Positions 7,751 to 16,280 of a stretch of DNA of 17,339 nucleotides are shown here, one piece after another. Under the pieces are notes generated by a model. It ran no database searches, was not told where the DNA came from, and saw only the letters and a list, made by a program, of their open reading frames with translations. This DNA is from Promethearchaeota archaeon. Its GTDB lineage: Archaea > Asgardarchaeota > Lokiarchaeia > Sigyniarchaeales > SOKP01. Within the stretch, counting starts at the first letter, position 1, and the number at the start of each line of letters is the position of its first letter. Position numbers and translations under genes: made by a program. Location of the stretch: assembly GCA_004524535.1 (NCBI GenBank), contig SDNY01000075.1:1-17339 (forward strand), written 5' to 3'.

Positions 7751-9295
7751 TTAACGTTTTCCTCTTAACTTATCTAAAAATTTATGTTCCGTTTTTCTCC
7801 TTATTAAGACGGCATAGATGAGCATAATGATAAAAAGTGTAAAAATTCCAATTATAATATTAATTTCTAATTCTGGAAGCCATCCTAGACCCTCTGTATC
7901 ATAAAATACCTTGCCAGTTTTAGAATCTCTAAAAACCTTACCCCCTGCACCTCCCTCTTCACTATATGCAATGACTATCTCCCAATCTTTTAGTTCATTA
8001 TCTGGATTGTCTGGATCTACTGTACCATCTTCGTATTCGAATTTAAGAGTTATAACAGTTCCATCGAGTTCTACATCTCCGTAGACTTTTAGATCAGGAT
8101 TAAGACCTTCGATATTCGTCTCATAATCTTCACCATCAATATCAAAATCATCAATTACTGTCGCAAGGTACTTATCTACTGGAGTGTAAGTTGGTAACCC
8201 CGCCAGCATTAAGAAGAAAAAGAAATTAAATTTTTCTGGAATTTCTTCTTCAATAATATCCCGTATTGCCAGTAATCCCTTTGTGCCTTGTTGAAGAGGA
8301 TTCTCTCCAGTTGGATTAAGAGCTGCATCTAAAACTAACGCTGGGAGATTATCCCCTCCTTCGGATGGTCTAGGGAGGGGTATCCCCAACTCTGCTTCAA
8401 TAGTATTCGCTATTTCAGTATTTACAGTAGTCCAAAGAATAAATTCGTTGTTTTTTAAATACGTAAACGAATCATTAAAGGCTAATATGGAATTTACAAC
8501 TAAATCGCTTCTATAATATAGCTCAGATTCTAGCGCTTTTAATCTTTTATATGAATCGTACCAAACATCAGGGTCTTCCAAGAATGGGCCTCCACCCTCA
8601 CTATCAGGTTTATCAGGAAAATCTCCTTCAGTTATTCTATCCCAACCTCTTGTTTCAACCATTGTACATTCTACTTTTTCACCATATTTATTATTCACAT
8701 AAGTCTGATCCATATTATAACTTAGACATAAATCTGTTGCAATAGAACCGTTTCCAGCAACATAGGCCTGTGCACTACCAGGTGGAGCAGTTACATCCCA
8801 ATTTAAAGGGTCGGAAGTTATTCCCTCGTATAGAAGACCTATTGCACCTTGTTCATTTTCAGGATCTCCAAGCTCATTTGTGGAGTCCATTATGTAACCA
8901 AAAACACTATTGAAATCTGTAATTTCTTCTATACCCTCAACATCGACATCTACTGTAAGTATATAGTCGCCAAAAAAATCAATTTCATCTTCTTCCCAAC
9001 CGACAAGTTTTCCCTTACTTTTTGCTCCAACAACGTCAGCATATTTCCCAAAAAAATCGTCTGGGTTATCAGCCCCCACTCCTAAATGATCATCCCATTC
9101 GTCCTCGTCGTATAATATTACTCGTGACTCTCCTGCTATTCCTTTACCAACCTCAGGTACTCCAAATTCATACTTCACAGGTTTTTCTATGGTAAAAAAG
9201 CTAAAAAAAATGTAAATAAAAGGTAGTAGTAATGATACAATAAACAATCCATATAATATTGCTTTTGATACTTTTATTATTACATGTTTATTCAT
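7751..9295 (-). CDS. Acidic cell-surface protein with N- and C-terminal TM helices (paralog A, 514 aa)
   Basis: N-terminal hydrophobic segment, D/E-rich ectodomain, C-terminal TM followed by a basic tail (IIIGIFTLFIIMLIYAVLIRRK); paralog of 9716-11275. Confidence 0.85.
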   Translation of the reverse strand: MNKHVIIKVSKAILYGLFIVSLLLPFIYIFFSFFTIEKPVKYEFGVPEVGKGIAGESRVILYDEDEWDDHLGVGADNPDDFFGKYADVVGAKSKGKLVGWEEDEIDFFGDYILTVDVDVEGIEEITDFNSVFGYIMDSTNELGDPENEQGAIGLLYEGITSDPLNWDVTAPPGSAQAYVAGNGSIATDLCLSYNMDQTYVNNKYGEKVECTMVETRGWDRITEGDFPDKPDSEGGGPFLEDPDVWYDSYKRLKALESELYYRSDLVVNSILAFNDSFTYLKNNEFILWTTVNTEIANTIEAELGIPLPRPSEGGDNLPALVLDAALNPTGENPLQQGTKGLLAIRDIIEEEIPEKFNFFFFLMLAGLPTYTPVDKYLATVIDDFDIDGEDYETNIEGLNPDLKVYGDVELDGTVITLKFEYEDGTVDPDNPDNELKDWEIVIAYSEEGGAGGKVFRDSKTGKVFYDTEGLGWLPELEINIIIGIFTLFIIMLIYAVLIRRKTEHKFLDKLRGKR

Positions 9296-9334
9296 TTTTA
9301 ATTCAGCAAGTATTTTTTTTTTTTTTAATTTATT

Positions 9335-9652
9335 TTATTTTATTCTCTTTGTCCGCAATTTAATTTTTATCCAGGTAATTGCAATTGCGGCCGCGCTAAA
9401 TATCATAACAATTGAAAATCCAATATAAATATTAACAATAGGAACTTTGTCAGAGAGTATTTCATCAACATCATCCTCATAAGATTTTTCTTTTTCAAGT
9501 TCTCTTAGAACCGTAGCTGTAATGATAGCAGCGCAATAATTGTCATAGTTGTCGTAAGCTCTTATTTCAACCTTGTAAATACCAAGTCGAAGTATGATGG
9601 AAGTAATCGTGTCGTCAAGATCAATAGCGAAGAATTCCGTGTCATTAATCCG
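9335..9652 (-). pseudogene. Headless, in-frame copy of the C-terminus of the 1192-aa surface protein (silent cassette or relic)
   Basis: Translates without interruption as RINDTEFFAIDLDDTITSIILRLGIYKVEIRAYDNYDNYCAAIITATVLRELEKEKSYEDDVDEILSDKVPIVNIYIGFSIVMIFSAAAIAITWIKIKLRTKRIK*, about 75% identical to the end of 11336-14914. Preceded in frame by TAA TGA; no canonical start at its 5' end; absent from the ORF track. Confidence 0.88.
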
Positions 9653-9715
9653 TCATTATGTTCCCAATATAATAATAAAATAATAAATAGAAAAAAAATG
9701 TTATAAAGAATTTTT

Positions 9716-11275
9716 TTAACGTTTTCTTAACTTATCTAAAAATTTATGTTCACTTTTTCTCCTTATTAAGACGGCATAGATGAGCATAATGACAAAAAGT
9801 GTAGAAATTCCTATTATAATTGTAACTTCTAATTCTGGAAGATACCCTAGACCTCCTGTTTGATAAAATACCTTGCCATCCTCATCTCTTAAAATAATAG
9901 AACCTTGAGATCCCTCATCACCATAAACAAAGGAAATTTCCCAATTTTTTAGTATTTTATCTGGATTGTCTGGATCTACTGTACCATCTTCGTAGTCGAA
10001 TTTAAGAGTTAACACAGTTCCATCGAGTTCTACATCTCCATACACTTTTAGATCAGGATTAAGACCACTAATATACGTCTCAGGCACTGTACCATCAAGA
10101 TCAAAATCATCAACTACTTTACTAAGGTATTTATGCACTGGAGTATATGTTGGTAAACCCTCCAGTAATAACGAAAAAAGAAAATTAAATTTATCTGGAA
10201 CATTATCTGAAACAAGATCATATACTGCCAGTATTCCCTCTGACCCTTGTTGAAGAGGATTCTCTCCAGTTGGATTAAGAGCTGCATCTAAAACTAATGC
10301 TGGGAGATTATCCCCTCCTTCGGAAGGTCTAATGGCTGGTATCCCCAAATCTGTTACAATCTTATCCGCTATTTGATCATTTACAGTACTCCAAGCGGTA
10401 GGTACTTTGTTTTTTAAATTCGTAAATGAATCATTAAAGGCTCTTATGGAATATACAACTTTATCACACTGAGCATATAGCTCATTTTCTAGCGCAGTTA
10501 ATCTTTTAAATGCATTGTACCATTCATGAGGGTCATCCAAGAATGGGGCATCAGCCTCATCTCCTTCCAAATCAGGATTATCATCATAATCTTCGACTGT
10601 ATAATCCCATGCTTCTCTTTCAAGTAATACACCGTCTAATTTTTCAGCATATTTTTCATTCACATAAGCCGTATCCATTGGAAAGTTAGTACAAGTATCA
10701 ATTGCAATAGAACCGTTTCCAGCAACATAGGCCTGTGCACTACCAGGAGGAGCATTTTTAGTATCATTCCAACTTAAAGGTTTGGAGATTATTCCCTCGT
10801 ATAGAAGACCTACTGCACCTTGGTCACTTTCAGGATCTGCAAGCCCCCATATGCCATCAGCTACATAATCAAAAACAGAATTGAAATCTGTAAGTTCTTC
10901 TATACCCTCAACCTCGATCGATGTTGTAAGTATAAAGTCGCTAAAAAATTCAAGAATTTCTTCATCTTCTTCCCAATCGAGAACTTTTGTCTTACTTTTT
11001 GCACCAACGACATCAGCATCTCCCCCAAAATAATCGTCTGGGTTATCAGCCCCCACTCCTAAATGATTATTCCATTCGTCCTCGTCGTATAATATTACTT
11101 GTCCCTCTGTTGTCATTCCTTTAGCAATATCAGGTACTCCAAATTCATACTTACTCACAGGTTTTGCTATGGTAAAATAGCTAAAAAAAATGTAAATAAA
11201 AGGTAGTAGTAATGATACAATAAACAATCCATATAATATTGCTTTTGATACTTTTTTTATTACATCTTTATTCAT
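9716..11275 (-). CDS. Acidic cell-surface protein with N- and C-terminal TM helices (paralog B, 519 aa)
   Basis: Same architecture as 7751-9295; same leader sequence (9291-9315 = 11271-11295); 60 nt downstream of the large gene, so probably co-transcribed. Confidence 0.85.
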   Translation of the reverse strand: MNKDVIKKVSKAILYGLFIVSLLLPFIYIFFSYFTIAKPVSKYEFGVPDIAKGMTTEGQVILYDEDEWNNHLGVGADNPDDYFGGDADVVGAKSKTKVLDWEEDEEILEFFSDFILTTSIEVEGIEELTDFNSVFDYVADGIWGLADPESDQGAVGLLYEGIISKPLSWNDTKNAPPGSAQAYVAGNGSIAIDTCTNFPMDTAYVNEKYAEKLDGVLLEREAWDYTVEDYDDNPDLEGDEADAPFLDDPHEWYNAFKRLTALENELYAQCDKVVYSIRAFNDSFTNLKNKVPTAWSTVNDQIADKIVTDLGIPAIRPSEGGDNLPALVLDAALNPTGENPLQQGSEGILAVYDLVSDNVPDKFNFLFSLLLEGLPTYTPVHKYLSKVVDDFDLDGTVPETYISGLNPDLKVYGDVELDGTVLTLKFDYEDGTVDPDNPDKILKNWEISFVYGDEGSQGSIILRDEDGKVFYQTGGLGYLPELEVTIIIGISTLFVIMLIYAVLIRRKSEHKFLDKLRKR

Positions 11276-11335
11276 TTTTAATTCAGCAAGTATTTATAGT
11301 TTTTTTTTTATATATATCATATATATTCTTTTTTT

Positions 11336-14300
11336 TTAACGTCTTTTAATTAATATCATGCTAATTACAATTGCGGCCGCGCTAAATATCATAACGATTG
11401 CAAAACCAATATAAATATCAACAATAGGACGCTTCTCAGATAATATTTCATCAACATCATCCTTATCATAAGATTTTACTGTTTCAAGTTCTCTTAGAAC
11501 TGTAACTGTAATGATAGCAGAGCAATAATTGTCTGCGGCGTCGTAAGCTCTTATTTCAACATGGTAAATACCAAGTCGAAGTACTTCGGAAGTAATCAAG
11601 CCGTCATTATCAATAGCGAAGAATGCCGTGTCATTAATCCAATATCTATCTATTCCAATAATATCGTTAGCGTCCACATCGTAACTTAATTTCGCTTTAT
11701 TACCTTCCGCCTTCACGATTCTGACAGTCTGATCAGTCGGTACGACAACCCAGAATGGTTTTGTCAAGTCTACAACAGTAATTGTAATAATTGTACTTAA
11801 ATTGTTATTAAAAAAGTCAGACGCATTTATCATAAGCCTGTAATTAACGCCAAATGAAAGAATTGTGTTGTTAGTTATTACACCGCTAACTGAATCAATG
11901 GTAAAATTCGTCATATCATTAATCGAATATTCCTTTATATCAGAAAGATCGGAAGCATTCACATCATAATTAAACGGAAATAAATACCCTATTGTCTGGT
12001 CTGTCGGCTCTTCATCCCATGTTGGGCTTGTGGTGTCCACAACGGTAATTGTAATAATGGCACTTACATTGTTAAATAAATTGTCAGACGCATTTATCAT
12101 AAGCCCGTAATCACCTACGACCAAAGCGGTATTGTTAATAATTATGCCATTATCGGGGTCAATAAAGAAGTTTGTTGTGTCATCAATCGAATATTTCTTT
12201 ATACCATCGGCATCTGAAGCAGATACAGTGTAACTAAATGAATTCCCTAATTCAACCTGCTGATCTTTCGGATCAATTAACCAGACTGGATTTTCTTGGT
12301 CGATAACGGTAATTGTAATAATGGCACTAGCGTTGTTAAGGCTATAATCAGACGCATTTATCATAAGCCCGTATGGGCTAGCAGCTAAGGACAAAGCGGT
12401 ATTGTTAGTTATTTCACCGCTAACTGAATCAATGGCAAAATTCGTCGTGTCATTAATCAAATATTCCTTTATACCATTAAGATCATAAGCATGCACAGTG
12501 TAAGAAAAATTAGCCCCAAGCTGAACTTTAACATCTTCTGGCGTTGGATCCCAAGTTGGTGGGTCAAAATCTACGCTTTGCCGTGTTAATATCATACTAT
12601 CCTCCAAACGGAGTTTCATTCGAGCATATTCTCTTTTGCATTCCCAATCAGTAAAATTACCGAATACTGTTGTCTCAGGGAAGAAATCTGTTTTTCCATT
12701 TGGATCTCCATGATTTCCATAAACTGCCATTTCAGTAAATTTTTCATTATCGTTCCAATAATACGCAACATCTCTATATTTTTCTTGAGTAAATAATTTC
12801 CAGGTTTCATTATATGGGATATATGTCCAAGCACCTCCGCCACTAGTATGTATATATGCCCAGTCACTCAATGGATTACCATCTCCTGCTCCCGGAGCAG
12901 ATTCTTTACTAGTAGTTACTAAAGAAGTATTGTCATAATGACCTGCTTGCGGACCTCCTCCGCTTACTAGACCACTAGCACCATCATCATTACTCCCATC
13001 ACCATCAGGAGTAATCTTTAATGGCCACGTTTTTCCTTCATCTCTACATTGGGTTAAATCTGGAAGCCCAGCATCTCCATTTGGCGCTTGACCAAGTAAT
13101 ACATACGCTTCCGGATCATTTCTAACATTGGTAGTAAAATTTTGCCCTGCTAAAAATCCATAATGAAGCTGTGCAATAATTTGCTGCTCTGGGTCTCCTG
13201 TTGAATAATTCGTGGTTAACTCAACAGGGTCAACTGACGTCATATTAGCATAAAATTTGGAGGTAGACCTTGCTATACTCCAGTATTCTTCATATCCAAA
13301 GTCGAGTGGAAAAGCTGTTCCAAACAAATCTTTAAGAAGAAAACCACTTCCAAGATCTATACTAAACACGCTTACCGAAAATTGGTCAATAACTACTCTA
13401 CATGGACCATCAATAGCAGCTTCATTTGAAGCATCTGAATCATCAACTATTCCTCTTAAAAAAGGTGCATATTCGGCATCTGTTACATTATCATGATCTC
13501 CATCGTCAGAATATGAAAGAAGCAAAGGGAGAGTATAGTCCATACCATTGGTATAAATATCTTTAATCCCACCATGGGCTTGACCTCCAACTCCAGTATG
13601 ACGATGACTATTATTATAATCATCATCCTGCCCTGGAAACCATTTATCCAATTTTTCAAGATCAAGATCCATTTTAATATTGTAACCTATTGATGTATTT
13701 TGCTCGTTGTATAGTAAGCGGTTGGGAGGGTACCCCCATTCTCCTTCCCTCCAAATATCAGCACTATCATTTAAATCAAAAATAAGTAACCCCCCGAGAT
13801 CTGGCGGTGCTATTTGTATTACACGTAAATTAATGGCTATCCATTGTTTCCCTATTTCTGTAAATAAAGGAGTTGGAGCAGAACCAGGTAAATTTACTGT
13901 TGCATTAGATCCGAGGTCCTTATTATTCACATCTATTGTATATTCATAATTTTGGCCAGTAACTTTCAAATTAGTTTTATCCCATGACACAAAATCTTCT
14001 CCTCCAGGAGTGAAAAAATTAGTCGTTGGATTTTGAACCGTCGAGGTTGCATTAAAATATAAATACATCCAACTTTGACCGCCATCAACGGGATCAAATA
14101 ATTCAATTTCATATCGGTTTAAAGTTCTAGTAAGATTCCAATTGTCTACACCTGCTTTTTTGCCGTTCTGAGCATAAAAAACCACTTCATCATCATAATC
14201 TACCCTACGTTCGAGCTGATCCCATATTCCACCTGGAGCCTCTCTTGGGTTTAGGATAGGAGTAGGTGTTGGTCTTCCAGGATCAGTAGAGGTATCATTA

Positions 14301-14914
14301 TCAACTAAATCGGATCCAACGGGGGCAGGGTAGACGGGCAGAGAACTATTGGCCCAGCCTTCTGCTAATCTAGTTGACCAAAATCCTAATTCACATTCGT
14401 ATTTTGTGGGCTCTTTATAAGCGGCAGTTTCATTAGCATCTATATCCTTGCCTGCATAGCGTTTTTCTGCTACATATTGACCCCAATTAGTTAAGTCTAC
14501 CTTTGATACCGCATCCTCAACCTGAGTGCCAAAATTATATATAAAACTTCTGAAATAGCCCTTTTCGTCTAACTGGAAAGGAACAAATTCCCATTTGTTA
14601 TCCATAGAATAGTAAGCTATTCTAAAATCATCAACAGAAAGATTATGTAGTGCTGTCCATAATTCCGTGGCAGTTTCATTACTTAGAACTACAGGATAAT
14701 TAACCCGAGTCAAGTTTGGATCTCCCGGAGCGGCGATTAAAGGTTTTTTAAGTGTATATTCTTCTTGTTTACCACTAATTTCTGTAGAATTAAGATTCAC
14801 ATCTGGATTCGGATTATTTAACATTAAAACTAGTATTTGAAGGAAAAATATACTAATGATAAAGAGAATTATTGTATGTTTCTTATGTTTTTTTAATTTT
14901 ATCAAATTTTTCAC
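11336..14914 (-). CDS. Large cell-surface glycoprotein/adhesin-like protein with four cadherin/Ig-like repeats and a C-terminal TM anchor
   Basis: GTG start; basic plus hydrophobic N-terminus; ~750-aa acidic unique domain; four ~88-aa repeats; many N-x-S/T sequons; C-terminal TM followed by KRR. Confidence 0.88.
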   Translation of the reverse strand: MKNLIKLKKHKKHTIILFIISIFFLQILVLMLNNPNPDVNLNSTEISGKQEEYTLKKPLIAAPGDPNLTRVNYPVVLSNETATELWTALHNLSVDDFRIAYYSMDNKWEFVPFQLDEKGYFRSFIYNFGTQVEDAVSKVDLTNWGQYVAEKRYAGKDIDANETAAYKEPTKYECELGFWSTRLAEGWANSSLPVYPAPVGSDLVDNDTSTDPGRPTPTPILNPREAPGGIWDQLERRVDYDDEVVFYAQNGKKAGVDNWNLTRTLNRYEIELFDPVDGGQSWMYLYFNATSTVQNPTTNFFTPGGEDFVSWDKTNLKVTGQNYEYTIDVNNKDLGSNATVNLPGSAPTPLFTEIGKQWIAINLRVIQIAPPDLGGLLIFDLNDSADIWREGEWGYPPNRLLYNEQNTSIGYNIKMDLDLEKLDKWFPGQDDDYNNSHRHTGVGGQAHGGIKDIYTNGMDYTLPLLLSYSDDGDHDNVTDAEYAPFLRGIVDDSDASNEAAIDGPCRVVIDQFSVSVFSIDLGSGFLLKDLFGTAFPLDFGYEEYWSIARSTSKFYANMTSVDPVELTTNYSTGDPEQQIIAQLHYGFLAGQNFTTNVRNDPEAYVLLGQAPNGDAGLPDLTQCRDEGKTWPLKITPDGDGSNDDGASGLVSGGGPQAGHYDNTSLVTTSKESAPGAGDGNPLSDWAYIHTSGGGAWTYIPYNETWKLFTQEKYRDVAYYWNDNEKFTEMAVYGNHGDPNGKTDFFPETTVFGNFTDWECKREYARMKLRLEDSMILTRQSVDFDPPTWDPTPEDVKVQLGANFSYTVHAYDLNGIKEYLINDTTNFAIDSVSGEITNNTALSLAASPYGLMINASDYSLNNASAIITITVIDQENPVWLIDPKDQQVELGNSFSYTVSASDADGIKKYSIDDTTNFFIDPDNGIIINNTALVVGDYGLMINASDNLFNNVSAIITITVVDTTSPTWDEEPTDQTIGYLFPFNYDVNASDLSDIKEYSINDMTNFTIDSVSGVITNNTILSFGVNYRLMINASDFFNNNLSTIITITVVDLTKPFWVVVPTDQTVRIVKAEGNKAKLSYDVDANDIIGIDRYWINDTAFFAIDNDGLITSEVLRLGIYHVEIRAYDAADNYCSAIITVTVLRELETVKSYDKDDVDEILSEKRPIVDIYIGFAIVMIFSAAAIVISMILIKRR
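11496..12571 (-). repeat. Four intragenic cadherin/Ig-like domain repeats (about 264-275 nt each)
   Basis: Units start at 12571 (DFDPPTW), 12301 (DQENPVW), 12037 (DTTSPTW) and 11770 (DLTKPFW); consensus D..P.W...P.DQ.V..G..F.Y.V.A.D...I..Y.INDT..F.ID...G.I......Y.L.INASD...N..SAIITITV. Confidence 0.9.
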
Positions 14915-14961
14915 AATTCAAACATTAATTATCATTATATAGATATTTTTATATATAAAAC

Positions 14962-14980
14962 TATATATAAATCTTTCCTA
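14962..14980 (-). promoter_or_regulatory. BRE-TATA promoter of the large surface gene
   Basis: Purine-rich AGGAAAGA followed by TTTATATA about 50 nt upstream of the GTG start. Confidence 0.55.
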
Positions 14981-15416
14981 TTTTATTTAAATCTTTTTTA
15001 TTTTATTTAAGTATATTTATGGATACACTTTTGTATAAATACCATAATTTTATCATTTCTCTTACTTTAATAGGCTCTTATAAATAGATGAATAATATCT
15101 TTAAAAGTAAAACATTTAAAGAAATAAATCGCGTCAAAACTTGTGAAAAAATTTAAAAGAGAAAGAGAAATTAGGTCAAATTTCTATTTCTTTCTGTCAG
15201 GAAGGTAAAAAAAAAAATATAAGAGGATCTCAACTAAATTATATACATATCTCTAATTGGTAAAAATTCAATAATATTGACTATTGCCTAATATTGATAT
15301 TTCACCTTGTATATAAAAAATTTTGAGGAATTATGGGGAAATTAGAGTAAAATGTTAAGAAAATCAAATTGTTTAAAAGATTGGAGAGATTTATATATAA
15401 AAATATTTAAATAAAA

Positions 15417-15435
15417 TAGGAAAGATTTATATATA
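15417..15435 (+). promoter_or_regulatory. BRE-TATA promoter (identical inverted copy) upstream of the 183-aa membrane protein gene
   Basis: AGGAAAGATTTATATATA; a further AGATTTATATATAA copy lies at 15387-15400. Confidence 0.5.
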
Positions 15436-15534
15436 ATTTTATTAAAAATATCTAAGTATGGTAATAAATTTTTTAATTGAATTGTGAAAAATTATATAAA
15501 ATTAATTCTATCATAAAATTTTGAGTGATAAAAG

Positions 15535-16086
15535 ATGGTAAAAGAAAAAATATCAAATGGTTTACGTTATATGGCAAACGAAAAAAATCTAGTGATTTTA
15601 GGAGGAATTTTAACTCTTATTTCTATATATTTATTATCGTGGTTTACCTATTTATTAGGCACTAACCATTACGCAAACGGTATGGGCGGAATACAAAATC
15701 TCCTTCATATCTTTACTAATGGAAAAGAGTATGCATTTGCATATGGAGTACCGTTATGGGCAACTATCTTAATGGTTGCCTTTATTATCACGGTTCTGGC
15801 TTGTGGTTTCATGCAACTATGCGGGAAAAAAAGTTATTTTCTAGGATATTTCGGATCAGTTATAGCTCTACTGTTAGGCTTAATAACTATAATTGGTGCA
15901 AATATTGGTCTTATAGGATTCCATAGAATTCTTTATTTATTTGGCGGTGACCCTTTAATTGAGGGATATGTTCCACTCCATATTGTAATTCCTGGAAGAC
16001 CCGAAACGATTGCAACCTATATTTTAATCGCTGGTGGGATAATAGGACTTTTTCCAATGTTGGGCGGTTTGAAAAAACGAGAGTAG
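15535..16086 (+). CDS. Hypothetical integral membrane protein (about 4 TM, Gly-rich)
   Basis: ATG start; several hydrophobic helices; basic C-terminus. Confidence 0.8.
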   Translation: MVKEKISNGLRYMANEKNLVILGGILTLISIYLLSWFTYLLGTNHYANGMGGIQNLLHIFTNGKEYAFAYGVPLWATILMVAFIITVLACGFMQLCGKKSYFLGYFGSVIALLLGLITIIGANIGLIGFHRILYLFGGDPLIEGYVPLHIVIPGRPETIATYILIAGGIIGLFPMLGGLKKRE

Positions 16087-16280
16087 TCTTAAATCCATTT
16101 TAAATTCTTTTTTAAAATTATCTCACAAATAGTTCTAAATTCTAATTTTAAGAGTTATTCCTTTTTTGTCTTATATCTCTGGATTTCAATCTTGAAATTA
16201 ATACGTGTAACTTTAAAAATAGTGGCATCTATAAATAATTTAAAATTTTAATAAAAATGTAAAAAAGTAATTTGTTTTAA

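Larger units (their letters stand above)
7698..11640. repeat. Diverged tandem duplication: unit A 7698-9651, unit B 9650-11640 (partner gene plus 3' end of the large surface gene)
   Basis: ccgtcattat.ttcccaatataataata begins both units (7698, 9650); the two partner genes are paralogous; 9375-9651 matches 11361-11640; the junction has a TCC microhomology. Confidence 0.92.
14893..15505. repeat. ~110-bp imperfect inverted repeat (arms ~14893-15000 and ~15397-15505) flanking a ~400-bp spacer
   Basis: Perfect 31-mer ATTTAAATAAAATAGGAAAGATTTATATATA at 15405-15435 (+) and 14992-14962 (-); TAAAAATATCTA at 15443-15454 and 14951-14940; 26/28 match at 15478-15505 and 14920-14893. Confidence 0.9.

Noticed and set aside
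9653-9658. TGA readthrough giving the headless cassette an N-terminus
   Set aside because: The TGA is immediately preceded by an in-frame TAA.
9335-11640. DGR template/variable repeat pair (9375-9651 versus 11361-11640)
   Set aside because: Differences are not confined to adenines on either strand (G/T, C/G and C/T changes plus an indel), and there is no reverse transcriptase in the window.
14915-15534. CRISPR array or replication origin in the long AT-rich intergenic region
   Set aside because: No regularly spaced repeats, no ORB-like G-string boxes, and no cas or orc1/cdc6 gene nearby.
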